The position numbers and the translations under genes are program-made. The notes under the pieces are model-generated. The model was not told where the DNA came from. It was given only the letters and a program-made list of their open reading frames with translations, and searched no databases. A stretch of 64,000 nt of DNA from assembly GCA_965223155.1 (NCBI GenBank), contig CBDCVR010000014.1:352001-416000 (forward strand), given 5' to 3'. Source of the stretch: Candidatus Multivoradales bacterium (GTDB taxonomy: Bacteria > Acidobacteriota > Thermoanaerobaculia > Multivoradales > JAHEKO01). Every line of letters begins with the position of its first letter. Positions within the stretch are counted from its first letter, which is position 1. This document shows, piece by piece, positions 1 to 9,090 of this stretch.

Positions 1-817
1 CCGGGCTCCAGCGCATCGACACGGCGCTCGCTTCTTGAAGCTCCCGCAACCGGTTCCAGGCGAAGTCACTCCGGCGACCCAGAAACACCAGATCGGGCAC
101 CCACAGCAACGAGTGTCGCGCGGCTCCCAGCGCCGCGGCAAGGAGGCGCTCAAAGAAGGCGTCCGCAGGTGCCGGCGTCAACGCCTCGACGCCTCCCCAG
201 GCCCCACGAACCGCCGATACCAGCATCGCTTCGAAGGCGGCGGCATCGTTTGCAACCGAGCTCGGCATGACGCTGGGCGAGCTGGCGAGAACGACCGAAA
301 AGCCCGAGGAATGCTCGAAGGACACCGGCCCACGGCCGCCCTGCCGGCGCCGCGGTTCGAAATCCTGAACGGCAAGGACGGCAGCGGCGGCACCGAGCTC
401 GGCCTCCCGCACGATCAGCCGGGGCCTGGGGGAATGGCGGGCGCCCGGGTGAGGCCAGGCGGCCTCGGCCAGAAGCGGACCGTCCGACCAGATCACCTCG
501 AGCCCGGCGGCCGCGAGCCCTCCGGCCAGGCGCCGGCAAAAACCAAGCGATGTACGGTGACGCAGCTCCTCGCGCACCAGGGCGGTCCGGACGACCGTCC
601 GTAGCATTGGGTCGGCGGCGAAGCCCACATCTTCGAGACGCAAGGCAATCAGCGGCAGCAGGGCTCGATGCCGGTCGGTCGCCTCGACCCGAACCAGGGC
701 CAGGGGATCCCGAACCCGCTCCCGCCAGGCGCTCCATGAATCCCTGGCCGCATCGCCCTCGAGCAGGAGCGCACGCAGCAGATGCTTCGAAGGACTTTCG
801 GGCAGCAAGCTCCCCAC
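1..817 (-). CDS. Nucleotidyltransferase-like protein (NTP_transf_5-like, degenerate motifs); runs off the left edge
   Basis: Absent from the ORF track because it has no stop in the window. Manual translation from GTG 817: MGSLLPESPSKHLLRALLLEGDAARDSWSAWRERV...ALLPLIALRL...REELRHR...GLEVIWSDGPLLAEAAWPHPGARH...LLWVPDLVFL...DFAWNRL. The layout resembles NTP_transf_5 proteins; it starts just after the GT2 stop. Confidence 0.6.
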   Translation of the reverse strand, partial: MGSLLPESPSKHLLRALLLEGDAARDSWSAWRERVRDPLALVRVEATDRHRALLPLIALRLEDVGFAADPMLRTVVRTALVREELRHRTSLGFCRRLAGGLAAAGLEVIWSDGPLLAEAAWPHPGARHSPRPRLIVREAELGAAAAVLAVQDFEPRRRQGGRGPVSFEHSSGFSVVLASSPSVMPSSVANDAAAFEAMLVSAVRGAWGGVEALTPAPADAFFERLLAAALGAARHSLLWVPDLVFLGRRSDFAWNRLRELQEASAVSMRWSP

Positions 818-831
818 CCTCCGCTCCCGAC

Positions 832-1515
832 TCAGCCGCTCCGCGAGCCGCGCTTCGCATCGAGCCGGATCTTGATCAAGTCGAAGAGGCTCCGCGCGGG
901 CAGCTCGGTGCGGCTGTGGTTGCCAGGGTGAAAGCGCCGGCGCATCAAGACATCTTCTAGGAACTCGATCTTGACGCCCTCGGCCGCGGCCCGGGCGAAC
1001 CAGCCGGTGTCGCTGCCGGCGGCGGCGAACCCGCCCACCCGATCGAACACCTCCCGGCGCGCCAGCAGAGTGGGCACCACGTAGCCGGCCATGGGCTCGG
1101 CCAGCGGGTGACCCCGGTAGCGCGCTTCCTCGGTGGCCAGCTCGGGCTCCCAGAAGTTGACGAAGCGGGTCACGCAAAGGTCGAGCACGGGATCGGCTGC
1201 AAAGACCTCGAGCTGTCGCTCCAGTTTGCCCGGCAGCCAGAGATCGTCGGCATCGAGATATGCGATGAAGGACCCGCGAGCGGCCGCCAGGGCCGCGTCA
1301 CGAGCTCGCGTGTAGCCCTGGTGGAGCGTCCGGACCAAACGGACGCGATCGCCGTAGCGCTCGGCGACGGCGGCGGTGCCGTCGGTCGAACCGTCGTCCA
1401 CGACCACGATTTCGGCCGCCGGCGCGGTCTGCGCCAGGACACTGTCGATGGCGGCTCCTAGGTACCGCTCGACGTTGTAGGCGGGGATAAGACAACTGAT
1501 TCCGTCTGCCATCAC
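832..1515 (-). CDS. Glycosyltransferase family 2 (GT-A)
   Basis: ISCLIPAYN, VVDDGSTD and YLDADDLW (DxD) motifs. Confidence 0.92.
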   Translation of the reverse strand: MMADGISCLIPAYNVERYLGAAIDSVLAQTAPAAEIVVVDDGSTDGTAAVAERYGDRVRLVRTLHQGYTRARDAALAAARGSFIAYLDADDLWLPGKLERQLEVFAADPVLDLCVTRFVNFWEPELATEEARYRGHPLAEPMAGYVVPTLLARREVFDRVGGFAAAGSDTGWFARAAAEGVKIEFLEDVLMRRRFHPGNHSRTELPARSLFDLIKIRLDAKRGSRSG

Positions 1516-2225
1516 GACTCCGGCCCGCCGGTCGCCTCCTTCCGGCGACGATCCAGCCGCGCCTTGAGCAGGGTCAGGTACTCATCGAGGCTCTCCCCGC
1601 GCTGGCTTTGGCTTATGTTCTCGCCGTGGAGACGCCTGTGCACCAGAACCTCCTCGATCTCTGCTCCCCGCGCACCGGCATCGCGCGCCCGCAGGAACCA
1701 GGAGGTCTTGGCGGCGTGGCGCAGCTCAGGCTCGAACAGGCCAACCCGGTCGAAGGCCCGCCGCCGCGCAAGCAACGTCTGGACCCCATAGCCTCTCTGC
1801 GGCGCGAGCAGCTTCGCATCCAGCAGACAGTCGGCGGTTGCGCGGTCGGGCGAGATGAAGTTGCGAAGTCCTGTAACACAGTAGTCGAGATCCGGGTCGG
1901 CGGCGAAGCACTCCAACTGCCGCTCCAGCTTCGGCTCGAACCAGAGATCGTCGGCGTCCAGGAATCCCAGGAAGTCGCCGCTGGAAGCCTCGATTCCGCG
2001 GTTCAACGCGGCCGGATGTCCCCGGTTCTCTTGGCGCACCACGGTTACGGGACCGGCATCGCGGTAGCCCTCCGCCACCGCCGCCGAACCGTCGGTCGAG
2101 CCGTCATCAACGACGATCACCTCGTGCGGCGACACGGTCTGCGCCAGCGCGCTCTCGATCGTTTCGCCGAGGTACACTTCGCCGTTCCACACCGGGATGA
2201 TCACGCTGACACGGAAATCGGTCAT
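1512..2225 (-). CDS. Glycosyltransferase family 2 (GT-A)
   Basis: VSVIIPVWNGE, VVDDGSTD, FLDADDLW; 4-bp overlap with the next GT2. Confidence 0.92.
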   Translation of the reverse strand: MTDFRVSVIIPVWNGEVYLGETIESALAQTVSPHEVIVVDDGSTDGSAAVAEGYRDAGPVTVVRQENRGHPAALNRGIEASSGDFLGFLDADDLWFEPKLERQLECFAADPDLDYCVTGLRNFISPDRATADCLLDAKLLAPQRGYGVQTLLARRRAFDRVGLFEPELRHAAKTSWFLRARDAGARGAEIEEVLVHRRLHGENISQSQRGESLDEYLTLLKARLDRRRKEATGGPES

Positions 2226-2294
2226 GACGCTGCAACTCAGCCGAGCATCCTACCGAAGCCGACCGGGCAGCCCTCGGATCTTGCAGCCCCCGCC

Positions 2295-3413
2295 ATGCGA
2301 ATCCTGATCTGGACCGGCGCGTTTCCGCCCAGCCGTGGCGGTGTCGAGGCGATCACCTCGGGCCTGGCGGCGAGCCTCATCGAACTCGGCGACGAAATCG
2401 CGATCGTGACCGACGGCTCCGGCTCCCCCCCGGACTCCGGAGATCCCGGGGCGAGCCCCGCCTACCCGGTCCATCGTTTGCCATTCCACGAAGCGCTCTC
2501 GGTGCGGGATCCGGGCCGAATTCAGGATCTCACGCGCCGGGTGCGGGCGATCAAGGCGCGATTCAGGCCCGACCTCGTCCACGTCCACGCCATCCATCCA
2601 TCGCTTTTCTGGCACCAGCGGACGCGGACGGACGGACGCCCAACCCTGCTGACGATGCACGGGCTGGGACGAGTCGAGTTTCGGCCCGGGACTTTGGCCC
2701 GCCGGACGCTCCAGAGTTCGAACTGGGTGACCGGTTGCAGCCGCCGGGTGCTCGAACGGCTGCGTGAGATCGAGCCGGCAATCGCGGACCGCAGCTCGTG
2801 CGTCTACAACGGCTGCCGCCTACCCGCGGCGAAGCCCGAACCGCCATCCTTCGATCGGCCCCTCCTTCTCGCCATCGGACGTCTGGTCCCGAGCAAGGGA
2901 CACCGGCTCGCCATCGAGGCCTTCGAGCTCCTCGCCCGCCGGCATCCCGCGGCCCGTTTGGCGATCGTCGGCGGCGGCCCGCTAGAGGCCGCGCTCGAGT
3001 CCCGCGTCTCCGAATCGCCCGCGGCCGAGCGCATCCGATTCGTCGGCCCGGTGCCGCCGGACGCGGCCGCGGCCTGGCTCGCACGCGCTGCGGTCGTGCT
3101 CCTGCCGTCGCGCCGTCCGGAAGGGCTGCCGCTTCTTTCCATCGAGGCCGCCCTGGCCGCTCGCCCGGTGGTGGCCTCCGCCGTTGACGGGCTGACCGAG
3201 GCCGTCGTCGACGGAGAAACCGGTATCCTCGTCCCCGCGCGCGATGCTGGGGCCTTGGCCGCCGGAGTCGAGCGTTTGCTGGCGGATCCCGACGGAGCAC
3301 GCGGCCTAGGCGAAGCCGCAAGAAGGCGCGCCTTGAAGCTTTTCGACTGGGACCTCCAAGTCGAACGCTACCGCGACCTGTACCGAAGACTCTCCAGGAG
3401 ACCTCTTTCATGA
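2295..3413 (+). CDS. Glycosyltransferase family 4 (GT-B)
   Basis: Start moved to ATG 2295 (MRILIWTGAFPPSRGGVE); GRLVPSKG and EGLPLLSIEAALAARPVV GT4 motifs. Confidence 0.9.
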   Translation: MRILIWTGAFPPSRGGVEAITSGLAASLIELGDEIAIVTDGSGSPPDSGDPGASPAYPVHRLPFHEALSVRDPGRIQDLTRRVRAIKARFRPDLVHVHAIHPSLFWHQRTRTDGRPTLLTMHGLGRVEFRPGTLARRTLQSSNWVTGCSRRVLERLREIEPAIADRSSCVYNGCRLPAAKPEPPSFDRPLLLAIGRLVPSKGHRLAIEAFELLARRHPAARLAIVGGGPLEAALESRVSESPAAERIRFVGPVPPDAAAAWLARAAVVLLPSRRPEGLPLLSIEAALAARPVVASAVDGLTEAVVDGETGILVPARDAGALAAGVERLLADPDGARGLGEAARRRALKLFDWDLQVERYRDLYRRLSRRPLS

Positions 3414-3850
3414 ACCAGACCGAACGACGCCTTTGCCCGAACGAGCCGCCCATCGCCTCCAAGGTCCTGGACGGCGAGGCCATCTTGATCAACCTCGACA
3501 CTGGGGCGTACTACAGCCTCACCGGCTCGGGCGCGGTCGTCTGGGAGGCCGTGACCGGCCACCGGACCCGAACCGAAATCCACGACCATGTCGCCGCCGC
3601 CTACGACCGGGAAGTCGAGGCCATCGCAGCCGACGTTGATGCCTTCCTGGACCGACTCGAGGGCGAAGAGCTCATCCGCCACTCGCCCGAGAACGCCCCC
3701 GTGGCTGCCGGAACGGAGCCAAGCGACGCCGGTGAGTACCGGGCGCCCGAGCTCGAGAAGTTCACCGACATGGAAGAGCTCCTCGCCCTCGATCCCCCCA
3801 CGCCGGGCGCTCTCGACAACTTGATGCGACAGCCGCTTGGCGACGACTAA
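3410..3850 (+). CDS. PqqD-family / RiPP recognition element protein with C-terminal leader-like tail
   Basis: DGEAILINLDTGAYYSLTGSGAVVWE...FLDRLEGEELI is a PqqD-type pattern; tail YRAPELEKFTDMEELLALDP. Confidence 0.85.
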   Translation: MNQTERRLCPNEPPIASKVLDGEAILINLDTGAYYSLTGSGAVVWEAVTGHRTRTEIHDHVAAAYDREVEAIAADVDAFLDRLEGEELIRHSPENAPVAAGTEPSDAGEYRAPELEKFTDMEELLALDPPTPGALDNLMRQPLGDD

Positions 3851-4880
3851 TCGAACCGATCCGGTCGCGGCGAGCTTCGAGGAAGCTGCGCGCCGGTTCG
3901 CGCTTGCCACCGAGGCGGAGCCGCCGACCGCCGCCGACTACGACCTCGCCGGACAGCACGTGGCGGTGCGGACGGTGGGCCACGAGCTGGGACGGGAGCT
4001 CGCCCAACCGCTCGGCCACCTGACCGCCCACCGCACAAAGACACCCGCGCTCGAGATCGACCTCTGGCTCGGCTCGGAAACCGGAATCGGCTGGCCGGAG
4101 CTCGCCGACGAGCTCGACCCCGCCGACCGGTTCCCGCTTCGCACCTCGGCCGACGATCGTTTCGTCGTGCACCGCCAGATCGAGACGGCCGTCTGGCTGG
4201 ACCGCCAGGAAGGCCGCATGGTGGGCGCCGTTCGCGATCTTGCGGGTAGATCTCTCTATGAGCGTGGCCGGCCCCTGGAAACGCCGCTCACGGTCTGGAT
4301 GCGCGACCAGAACGTTCAGGTCGCCCACGCCGCTTGCGTCGCCCTCGAAGGCCGCGGAGCCCTCCTCCTGGGAGCGAGCGGCTCCGGCAAATCGACCCTG
4401 GCCGCCCGCTGCCTGGCGGCGGGGTTCGAGTTTCTGAGCGACGACAAGGTCGCTCTCACCGGCGATGCCGCGACCGGATTCACCGGGCACAGCCTCAACA
4501 ACTCCCTCCATCTCTCGGCCGATTCGATCGACCTGGTGCCCGAGCTGGCGGCCAGCGCCGTAGCCCCAGCCACGAAGCTGGACGACAAGTTTCGGGTCCC
4601 TCTCGCGGAGAGCCGGTGGGCACGCCGGCTCCGCGCCCACGCCGCCATCACCGTCCTGGTGCTGCCGCGGCTCGAGGCCGCGCCTGCAACTGGACGGGCA
4701 AGCCCGCGCGAGGCTCTGCTCGCCCTGTCGCTCAGTACCCTGCTCTCGCTTCCGGTTCGGCGAGCGACCAGCCTCGACCGGCTGGCCGAAGCCGTCCGAG
4801 CCCTGCCGGCGCTTCATCTCGACGCCCGGGACGACGCCGCGCCCGAGCGGCTGCGCGAGATTCTGCGCAGCGGAGTCTAG
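3837..4880 (+). CDS. HPr kinase-related P-loop kinase
   Basis: HAACV...LLGASGSGKSTLA...FLSDD, typical of HprK-related kinases; overlaps the PqqD gene. Confidence 0.8.
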   Translation: MATTNRTDPVAASFEEAARRFALATEAEPPTAADYDLAGQHVAVRTVGHELGRELAQPLGHLTAHRTKTPALEIDLWLGSETGIGWPELADELDPADRFPLRTSADDRFVVHRQIETAVWLDRQEGRMVGAVRDLAGRSLYERGRPLETPLTVWMRDQNVQVAHAACVALEGRGALLLGASGSGKSTLAARCLAAGFEFLSDDKVALTGDAATGFTGHSLNNSLHLSADSIDLVPELAASAVAPATKLDDKFRVPLAESRWARRLRAHAAITVLVLPRLEAAPATGRASPREALLALSLSTLLSLPVRRATSLDRLAEAVRALPALHLDARDDAAPERLREILRSGV

Positions 4881-4908
4881 ACCCGAATCGCCCTCGATCG
4901 GACGGCGC

Positions 4909-6006
4909 TCAGGAGCCCGGCCCGCGTCCTAGGAGCCGGTTGCCGATCCGCCGGGCCGGGAAGGTCACCGCCGTCCACGGATAGCGCGCGGCGATCTTGA
5001 CCGCCGACCCCCACCACGGCCATCGCGAGAGGCCTTCGAGCCGGGCTGCGCGCAGGCCGCGGCGCACGAAAAAGTAGCGCCGATGCGGTCGGCGCCCGAG
5101 ATCCTCCACGAGTCCCGAGAACCAGGGCCTGCGAGGCGGCCGCCAGCCGGCCCATTCCGTCTCTTCCAGAAGACGAAAGAATTCCGGAGTGAAATCGTCC
5201 GGGCACTTGGGCATCCAGGGTTTCTCGACCCCGGCGAAATGGGCGACAGACGGCCTGGCAAGCGCCGCCTCGAACTCGTCGGCATCGAAGCAGGTCGAGC
5301 GGTGCGAGGGGATCTCCTGCACGTGGGTCATGCGATTCCAGACCAGAGGCAATGGCGTCCAGCGCCCGGCCAGTGCACAGTTGAGTCCCTGCTGGTCGGG
5401 CGACCAGAACTGCCGGCGGTAGCGAACCGCGAAGTCGATCGCCCGCCCGCAGACGTCCTCGGCGCGCCAGCGGTCTAGTGGAATCAACATGAGCCCCGAG
5501 TTGAAGACCGGCAGCGGCCGCGAAGCGTCGATCTCGGGAGGCACGAAGTGGTGGTGCAGATGATGCACCATCGTGTCCTGCACCGCCGCCACCAAACCGT
5601 CCGCAAAGTCCATCGACCACAGCGGCTCGAGGTCGGCCAGAACGATCATGTCCGCGTCCAGGAACAGGACCTTCGCCAGATCCCCTGGCAGCAAGCGATC
5701 CAGGACCAGGGGGACACAACTCGCCAGCGGAAACGAGTACTCGGCCAGGCCCAGGGCGGCCAGCCGCTCACGGTTCAGCCGATGCCAGACCACGGCAACG
5801 CCGTCGCCACGCCAGGAGCGCGTCAGCCGTTCCCGGGTCGCGGTCTCGAGTCCGGCGTCGATGGCATGAAACTCGAGCGGCCGCTTCGGGCCCCGATGCT
5901 CGATCACCGAAACGCCGAGCGCCGCCAGACCGATGGCGAAGCGCTCGTCGGCGCCCGCCACCACCACCATCGGCTCATTCGAGGAGCCGCTCGTCTCGCC
6001 GGTCAC
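4909..6006 (-). CDS. Glycosyltransferase family 8
   Basis: VVAGADERFAIGL, KVLFLDADMIV, FNSGLML, DQQGLN, HFAGVEKPW; GTG 6006 overlaps the sulfotransferase stop. Confidence 0.88.
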   Translation of the reverse strand: MTGETSGSSNEPMVVVAGADERFAIGLAALGVSVIEHRGPKRPLEFHAIDAGLETATRERLTRSWRGDGVAVVWHRLNRERLAALGLAEYSFPLASCVPLVLDRLLPGDLAKVLFLDADMIVLADLEPLWSMDFADGLVAAVQDTMVHHLHHHFVPPEIDASRPLPVFNSGLMLIPLDRWRAEDVCGRAIDFAVRYRRQFWSPDQQGLNCALAGRWTPLPLVWNRMTHVQEIPSHRSTCFDADEFEAALARPSVAHFAGVEKPWMPKCPDDFTPEFFRLLEETEWAGWRPPRRPWFSGLVEDLGRRPHRRYFFVRRGLRAARLEGLSRWPWWGSAVKIAARYPWTAVTFPARRIGNRLLGRGPGS

Positions 6007-6941
6007 GTCTCGAGCCAGTGCCCGAGGTCGCGGCCGGTGATCGCCTCGACCCGGCGAACGTCGTCCGCGAACCGATCGTTGAGCCGGCGCCGGGTCTCCG
6101 GGCGCATCGTAGGCGGCTTGACCCAATTGAGCCGTCGGTTGACTGCCATCGCCGCCTCCCAGAGACGGCGCGACGACCCTCCGGGCAGCAACCTCTTGAG
6201 CGCCGAGCGCGTCGGACTGGGAGTGGTCAGCCAGTTCTCGGCCGCGGGCAGCCGGGTGATGCGGGCCCGATTGTGGCGCTCGCCCACGTCCACTTCGAAA
6301 TCGTCCCGAACCCCGAGGAATCGAAAGAGCTCGACCAGAAACGACGCCGGATCTCGCGCGAGGTCTTCGAAGAAGAGAACCTTGAGGCGTGCGGGCTCGA
6401 ACAGGCGCAGATACCGCTCGAGCTGCTTCGCGTACAGCCCCTTCTGAACGTAGTGATACTGCTGACCCCAGTTCTCGGCAATCCGCCGCGGCTCGGCCGT
6501 CAAAGCCTCTTCGAAGCTCAAGGTCTCCTTGCCGCCTCTCAAGTTCATCAGATAGGCCGAGTAGGCGCGATCCGCCGGCTGGCGCAAGATCGCCACCAGC
6601 AGAGCCTCGCTGGCGTATCGCGCGATCTTCTCGGCCGCCCATTCGTCGTACAGGTACAACGTCGTCGCTTCACCGGCGACCTTCTCGTCGGTGCGTCCGG
6701 CGAAAAGCGCTCGGTACTGCTCGAAAGTGCGGATACCGTCCGGGCGCCTCGTGGCTTCCAGCGGTCCCCCCCATCGCTCCCGTCCATCCACGAGGGCGAA
6801 AAACGCCGGCTCCTTGCGGGGCGACATATACACCTCAGGGTGCTGGCGCAGGTAATGGTACACCGAGGTCGTGCCCGCTTTCATGGCACCCAGAATCAAG
6901 AAGTCGGGCATCGCCCCGGAGCCGCTCCGCACGGTGAGCAT
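6003..6941 (-). CDS. Sulfotransferase
   Basis: PDFLILGAMKAGTTS (5'-PSB), KEPAFF, LRQPADRAYS (3'-PB). Confidence 0.92.
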   Translation of the reverse strand: MLTVRSGSGAMPDFLILGAMKAGTTSVYHYLRQHPEVYMSPRKEPAFFALVDGRERWGGPLEATRRPDGIRTFEQYRALFAGRTDEKVAGEATTLYLYDEWAAEKIARYASEALLVAILRQPADRAYSAYLMNLRGGKETLSFEEALTAEPRRIAENWGQQYHYVQKGLYAKQLERYLRLFEPARLKVLFFEDLARDPASFLVELFRFLGVRDDFEVDVGERHNRARITRLPAAENWLTTPSPTRSALKRLLPGGSSRRLWEAAMAVNRRLNWVKPPTMRPETRRRLNDRFADDVRRVEAITGRDLGHWLET

Positions 6942-7005
6942 AATACTCCGCAGGCTCCGGCGCCTCGGCCCTTGCTATCCTGGCCTCGGGAGGACACCGC
7001 ATTCG

Positions 7006-7725
7006 ATGCGAAATCTAGGTCTGGTCGGTCTGGCTCTTCTTCTCGCTCTGTCTTCGTTCGCCCCGGCGGCCGAGGCGGCGCGGATCCCCGATTGCCTCGA
7101 CAATCCCGGCGTACCCGATCGGCTGGGTTTCACGCACCGAGTACCGATTCGCATTGGCGGCACATTCTGGTACTTCGCGGATCCGGGACTCCAGCTCTCC
7201 TCGACGCCGGACAACGTCGGCCAGCCGCAGGACATCCCCGGTCACTGCTGGTCGGTCTCGGCCCCGCTGGGCCGGTATCCACGCTTCTTCGGGCACCACT
7301 ACAACACCGGTCCGCTGGGAGCCGGGGCGCCCGGCCGGTTCTGGTCCAGCAATGCCCCGGATCACTCCCTGCTCTTTCTGGTCGACATCATCATCTCGCG
7401 CTGGACGCCCAAGCTCGCCCTCGAGCGCTTCAATGACGGCTACGTCCACTACCACGAGCTGGTGCGCGAGGGCGACGGCTGCGTCCATCCCCGACTCGTG
7501 GCCTGGTTCAAGCACACGGCCATCGAGAGCTTCTCGTTCGACGGCGGACCACCGCCGGTACTCCCGGACGGCACGTACTTCCGGCCGCGCAACGTCCCGT
7601 TCAAAGCCCGACCCGGTGTCGCCCACGGCTTCATGGTCAACTACGACGTGCCCTACAAGCCGCAGCAGCAGCGCATCGGCCGCGAAGCGTTTCCGGTCGA
7701 AGTCTGCAAGCTGAGCCGCAAGTAG
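7006..7725 (+). CDS. Secreted hypothetical protein (His-rich GHHYNTGP / GYVHYHEL motifs)
   Basis: Signal peptide MRNLGLVGLALLLALSSFAPAAEA; host-like codon usage; stop lies ~10 bp before a REP-like arm. Confidence 0.75.
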   Translation: MRNLGLVGLALLLALSSFAPAAEAARIPDCLDNPGVPDRLGFTHRVPIRIGGTFWYFADPGLQLSSTPDNVGQPQDIPGHCWSVSAPLGRYPRFFGHHYNTGPLGAGAPGRFWSSNAPDHSLLFLVDIIISRWTPKLALERFNDGYVHYHELVREGDGCVHPRLVAWFKHTAIESFSFDGGPPPVLPDGTYFRPRNVPFKARPGVAHGFMVNYDVPYKPQQQRIGREAFPVEVCKLSRK

Positions 7726-7837
7726 GCATCGTCGAATTCGGTGACAGATGAGATGAGTCGGTCGGTCTCCAGCTGGGACACTGTGCCAGTTGGAGATAAC
7801 CAAGAATCGGCATCAGAGCCGAGAAAGGAGACCGACC

Positions 7838-8851
7838 ATGGAGTATCTTGGCATCGATGTTCACTCGAAGTACAGCGAGGTGTGTGGCGTATCAGAAGAC
7901 GGTGAGGTGACGGTTCGCCGGCGGGTTCCGACGACCGAGACGGGCCTGCGAAGGTTCTTCGCCAATCGGGAACGCTCGCAGGTGACGCTCGAGAGCGGTC
8001 CGGTCACACCCTGGGTCTATCGACTGCTGTCTGAGCTCGGCCATGAGGTGATGGTGGTCAATCCACGCCGGGTACGTCTGATCGCGGAATCGACCCTGAA
8101 GACGGACGGAATCGACGCCGAGATCCTGGCTCGTTTGAGCCGGTTGGATCTGGGTTTGCTTCGACCAGTCTACCAGCGCACAGGTGAGGCCCAAGAGCTT
8201 CGGACGCGTCTTCGGGTCCGAACGAGTCTGGTGAAGACCAGGACCTCGCTGATCAACTCCGTACGCGGAACGCTGCGGGCACAGGGCTACCGAGTGCCCT
8301 CATGTCCGGCGAAGAGCTTCGTGGCTCGGTACGCGTCGATGTCGGTCGAAGCCGGCCTGTTGGGAGCGCTCGAACCTCTGGTAACGACAATCGGCGAGCT
8401 GACCGATCGGATCCACCATCTCGAAGACGACCTCATCTCCGAGTCGAGATCAAACGAGCTGGTCCGTCGGCTGCAGACGGTTCCTGGTGTGGGGCCTCTG
8501 GTGAGCCTTGCGTTCGTCGGCTGGATGGATCGTCCGGATCGGTTCGAGAAAAGCCGCGACGTCGGAGCGTGTCTGGGCTTGAGACCGTCGCTTCGCAGCT
8601 CAGGAGGGCATGAGGTCAGGGGCCGGATCACTCGCGAGGGCGACTCGGAGATGCGCAGACTCTTGGTGCAGGCAGCTCATGCGGCGTTGAACTGTCGCAA
8701 AGAGTCGTCACTCAAGAGATGGGCTGAGGGCCTGGTCGAGAGGCTGGGTAAGGGCAAGGCCGTGGTCGCGCTAGCTAGGAAGATCGCGGTGTTGCTCCAC
8801 AGGCTGTGGGTGACAGGTGAGAGCTTCCGAGCCTTTCCCAAGGCAGCGTAG
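7838..8851 (+). CDS. IS110-family DEDD recombinase/transposase
   Basis: MEYLGIDVHSK, LESG, KTDGIDAEILA, TVPGVG, GLRPSLRSSG (catalytic Ser region), VALARK; RBS AAAGGAG. Confidence 0.96.
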   Translation: MEYLGIDVHSKYSEVCGVSEDGEVTVRRRVPTTETGLRRFFANRERSQVTLESGPVTPWVYRLLSELGHEVMVVNPRRVRLIAESTLKTDGIDAEILARLSRLDLGLLRPVYQRTGEAQELRTRLRVRTSLVKTRTSLINSVRGTLRAQGYRVPSCPAKSFVARYASMSVEAGLLGALEPLVTTIGELTDRIHHLEDDLISESRSNELVRRLQTVPGVGPLVSLAFVGWMDRPDRFEKSRDVGACLGLRPSLRSSGGHEVRGRITREGDSEMRRLLVQAAHAALNCRKESSLKRWAEGLVERLGKGKAVVALARKIAVLLHRLWVTGESFRAFPKAA

Positions 8852-9090
8852 AAGAGATAACTAGACGACCAACAAGCAAGGACGGATTGAGAGGTTCGAT
8901 GACTCCGAAAGTATCCTTGGTGGCCCCGACACCGTGTGACAGATGGGAGCATCGATTCCTAAACGGACGCAAAACTCACCATGCACCGGTTCAAAGAAGA
9001 ACCCTACAGAGTGCGAATAGAAGCTCGTCCCAAGCCTCGATCCAAACCTAAGGAAAACTACAAAAAGAAGAAACGAAACTCTTGACGCCA
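8852..9090 (+). ncRNA. Putative bridge RNA / seekRNA of the IS1111 element
   Basis: Target loop with AGTATCCT (8910-8917) and GTGACAG (8936-8942) matching the two halves of the insertion site; donor loop in a GGACG...CGTCC stem with ATAGAAG (9017-9023) matching the right end plus core. Boundaries approximate. Confidence 0.8.

Noticed and set aside
1608-2294. N-terminal extension of the 601-aa GT4 ORF (similar extensions on ORFs 4909-6642, 34967-36091, 52529-54091)
   Set aside because: The extensions overlap real genes; true starts are downstream.
3410-4880. Complete lasso-peptide cluster
   Set aside because: No asparagine-synthetase-like cyclase, transglutaminase-like peptidase or separate precursor in the window.
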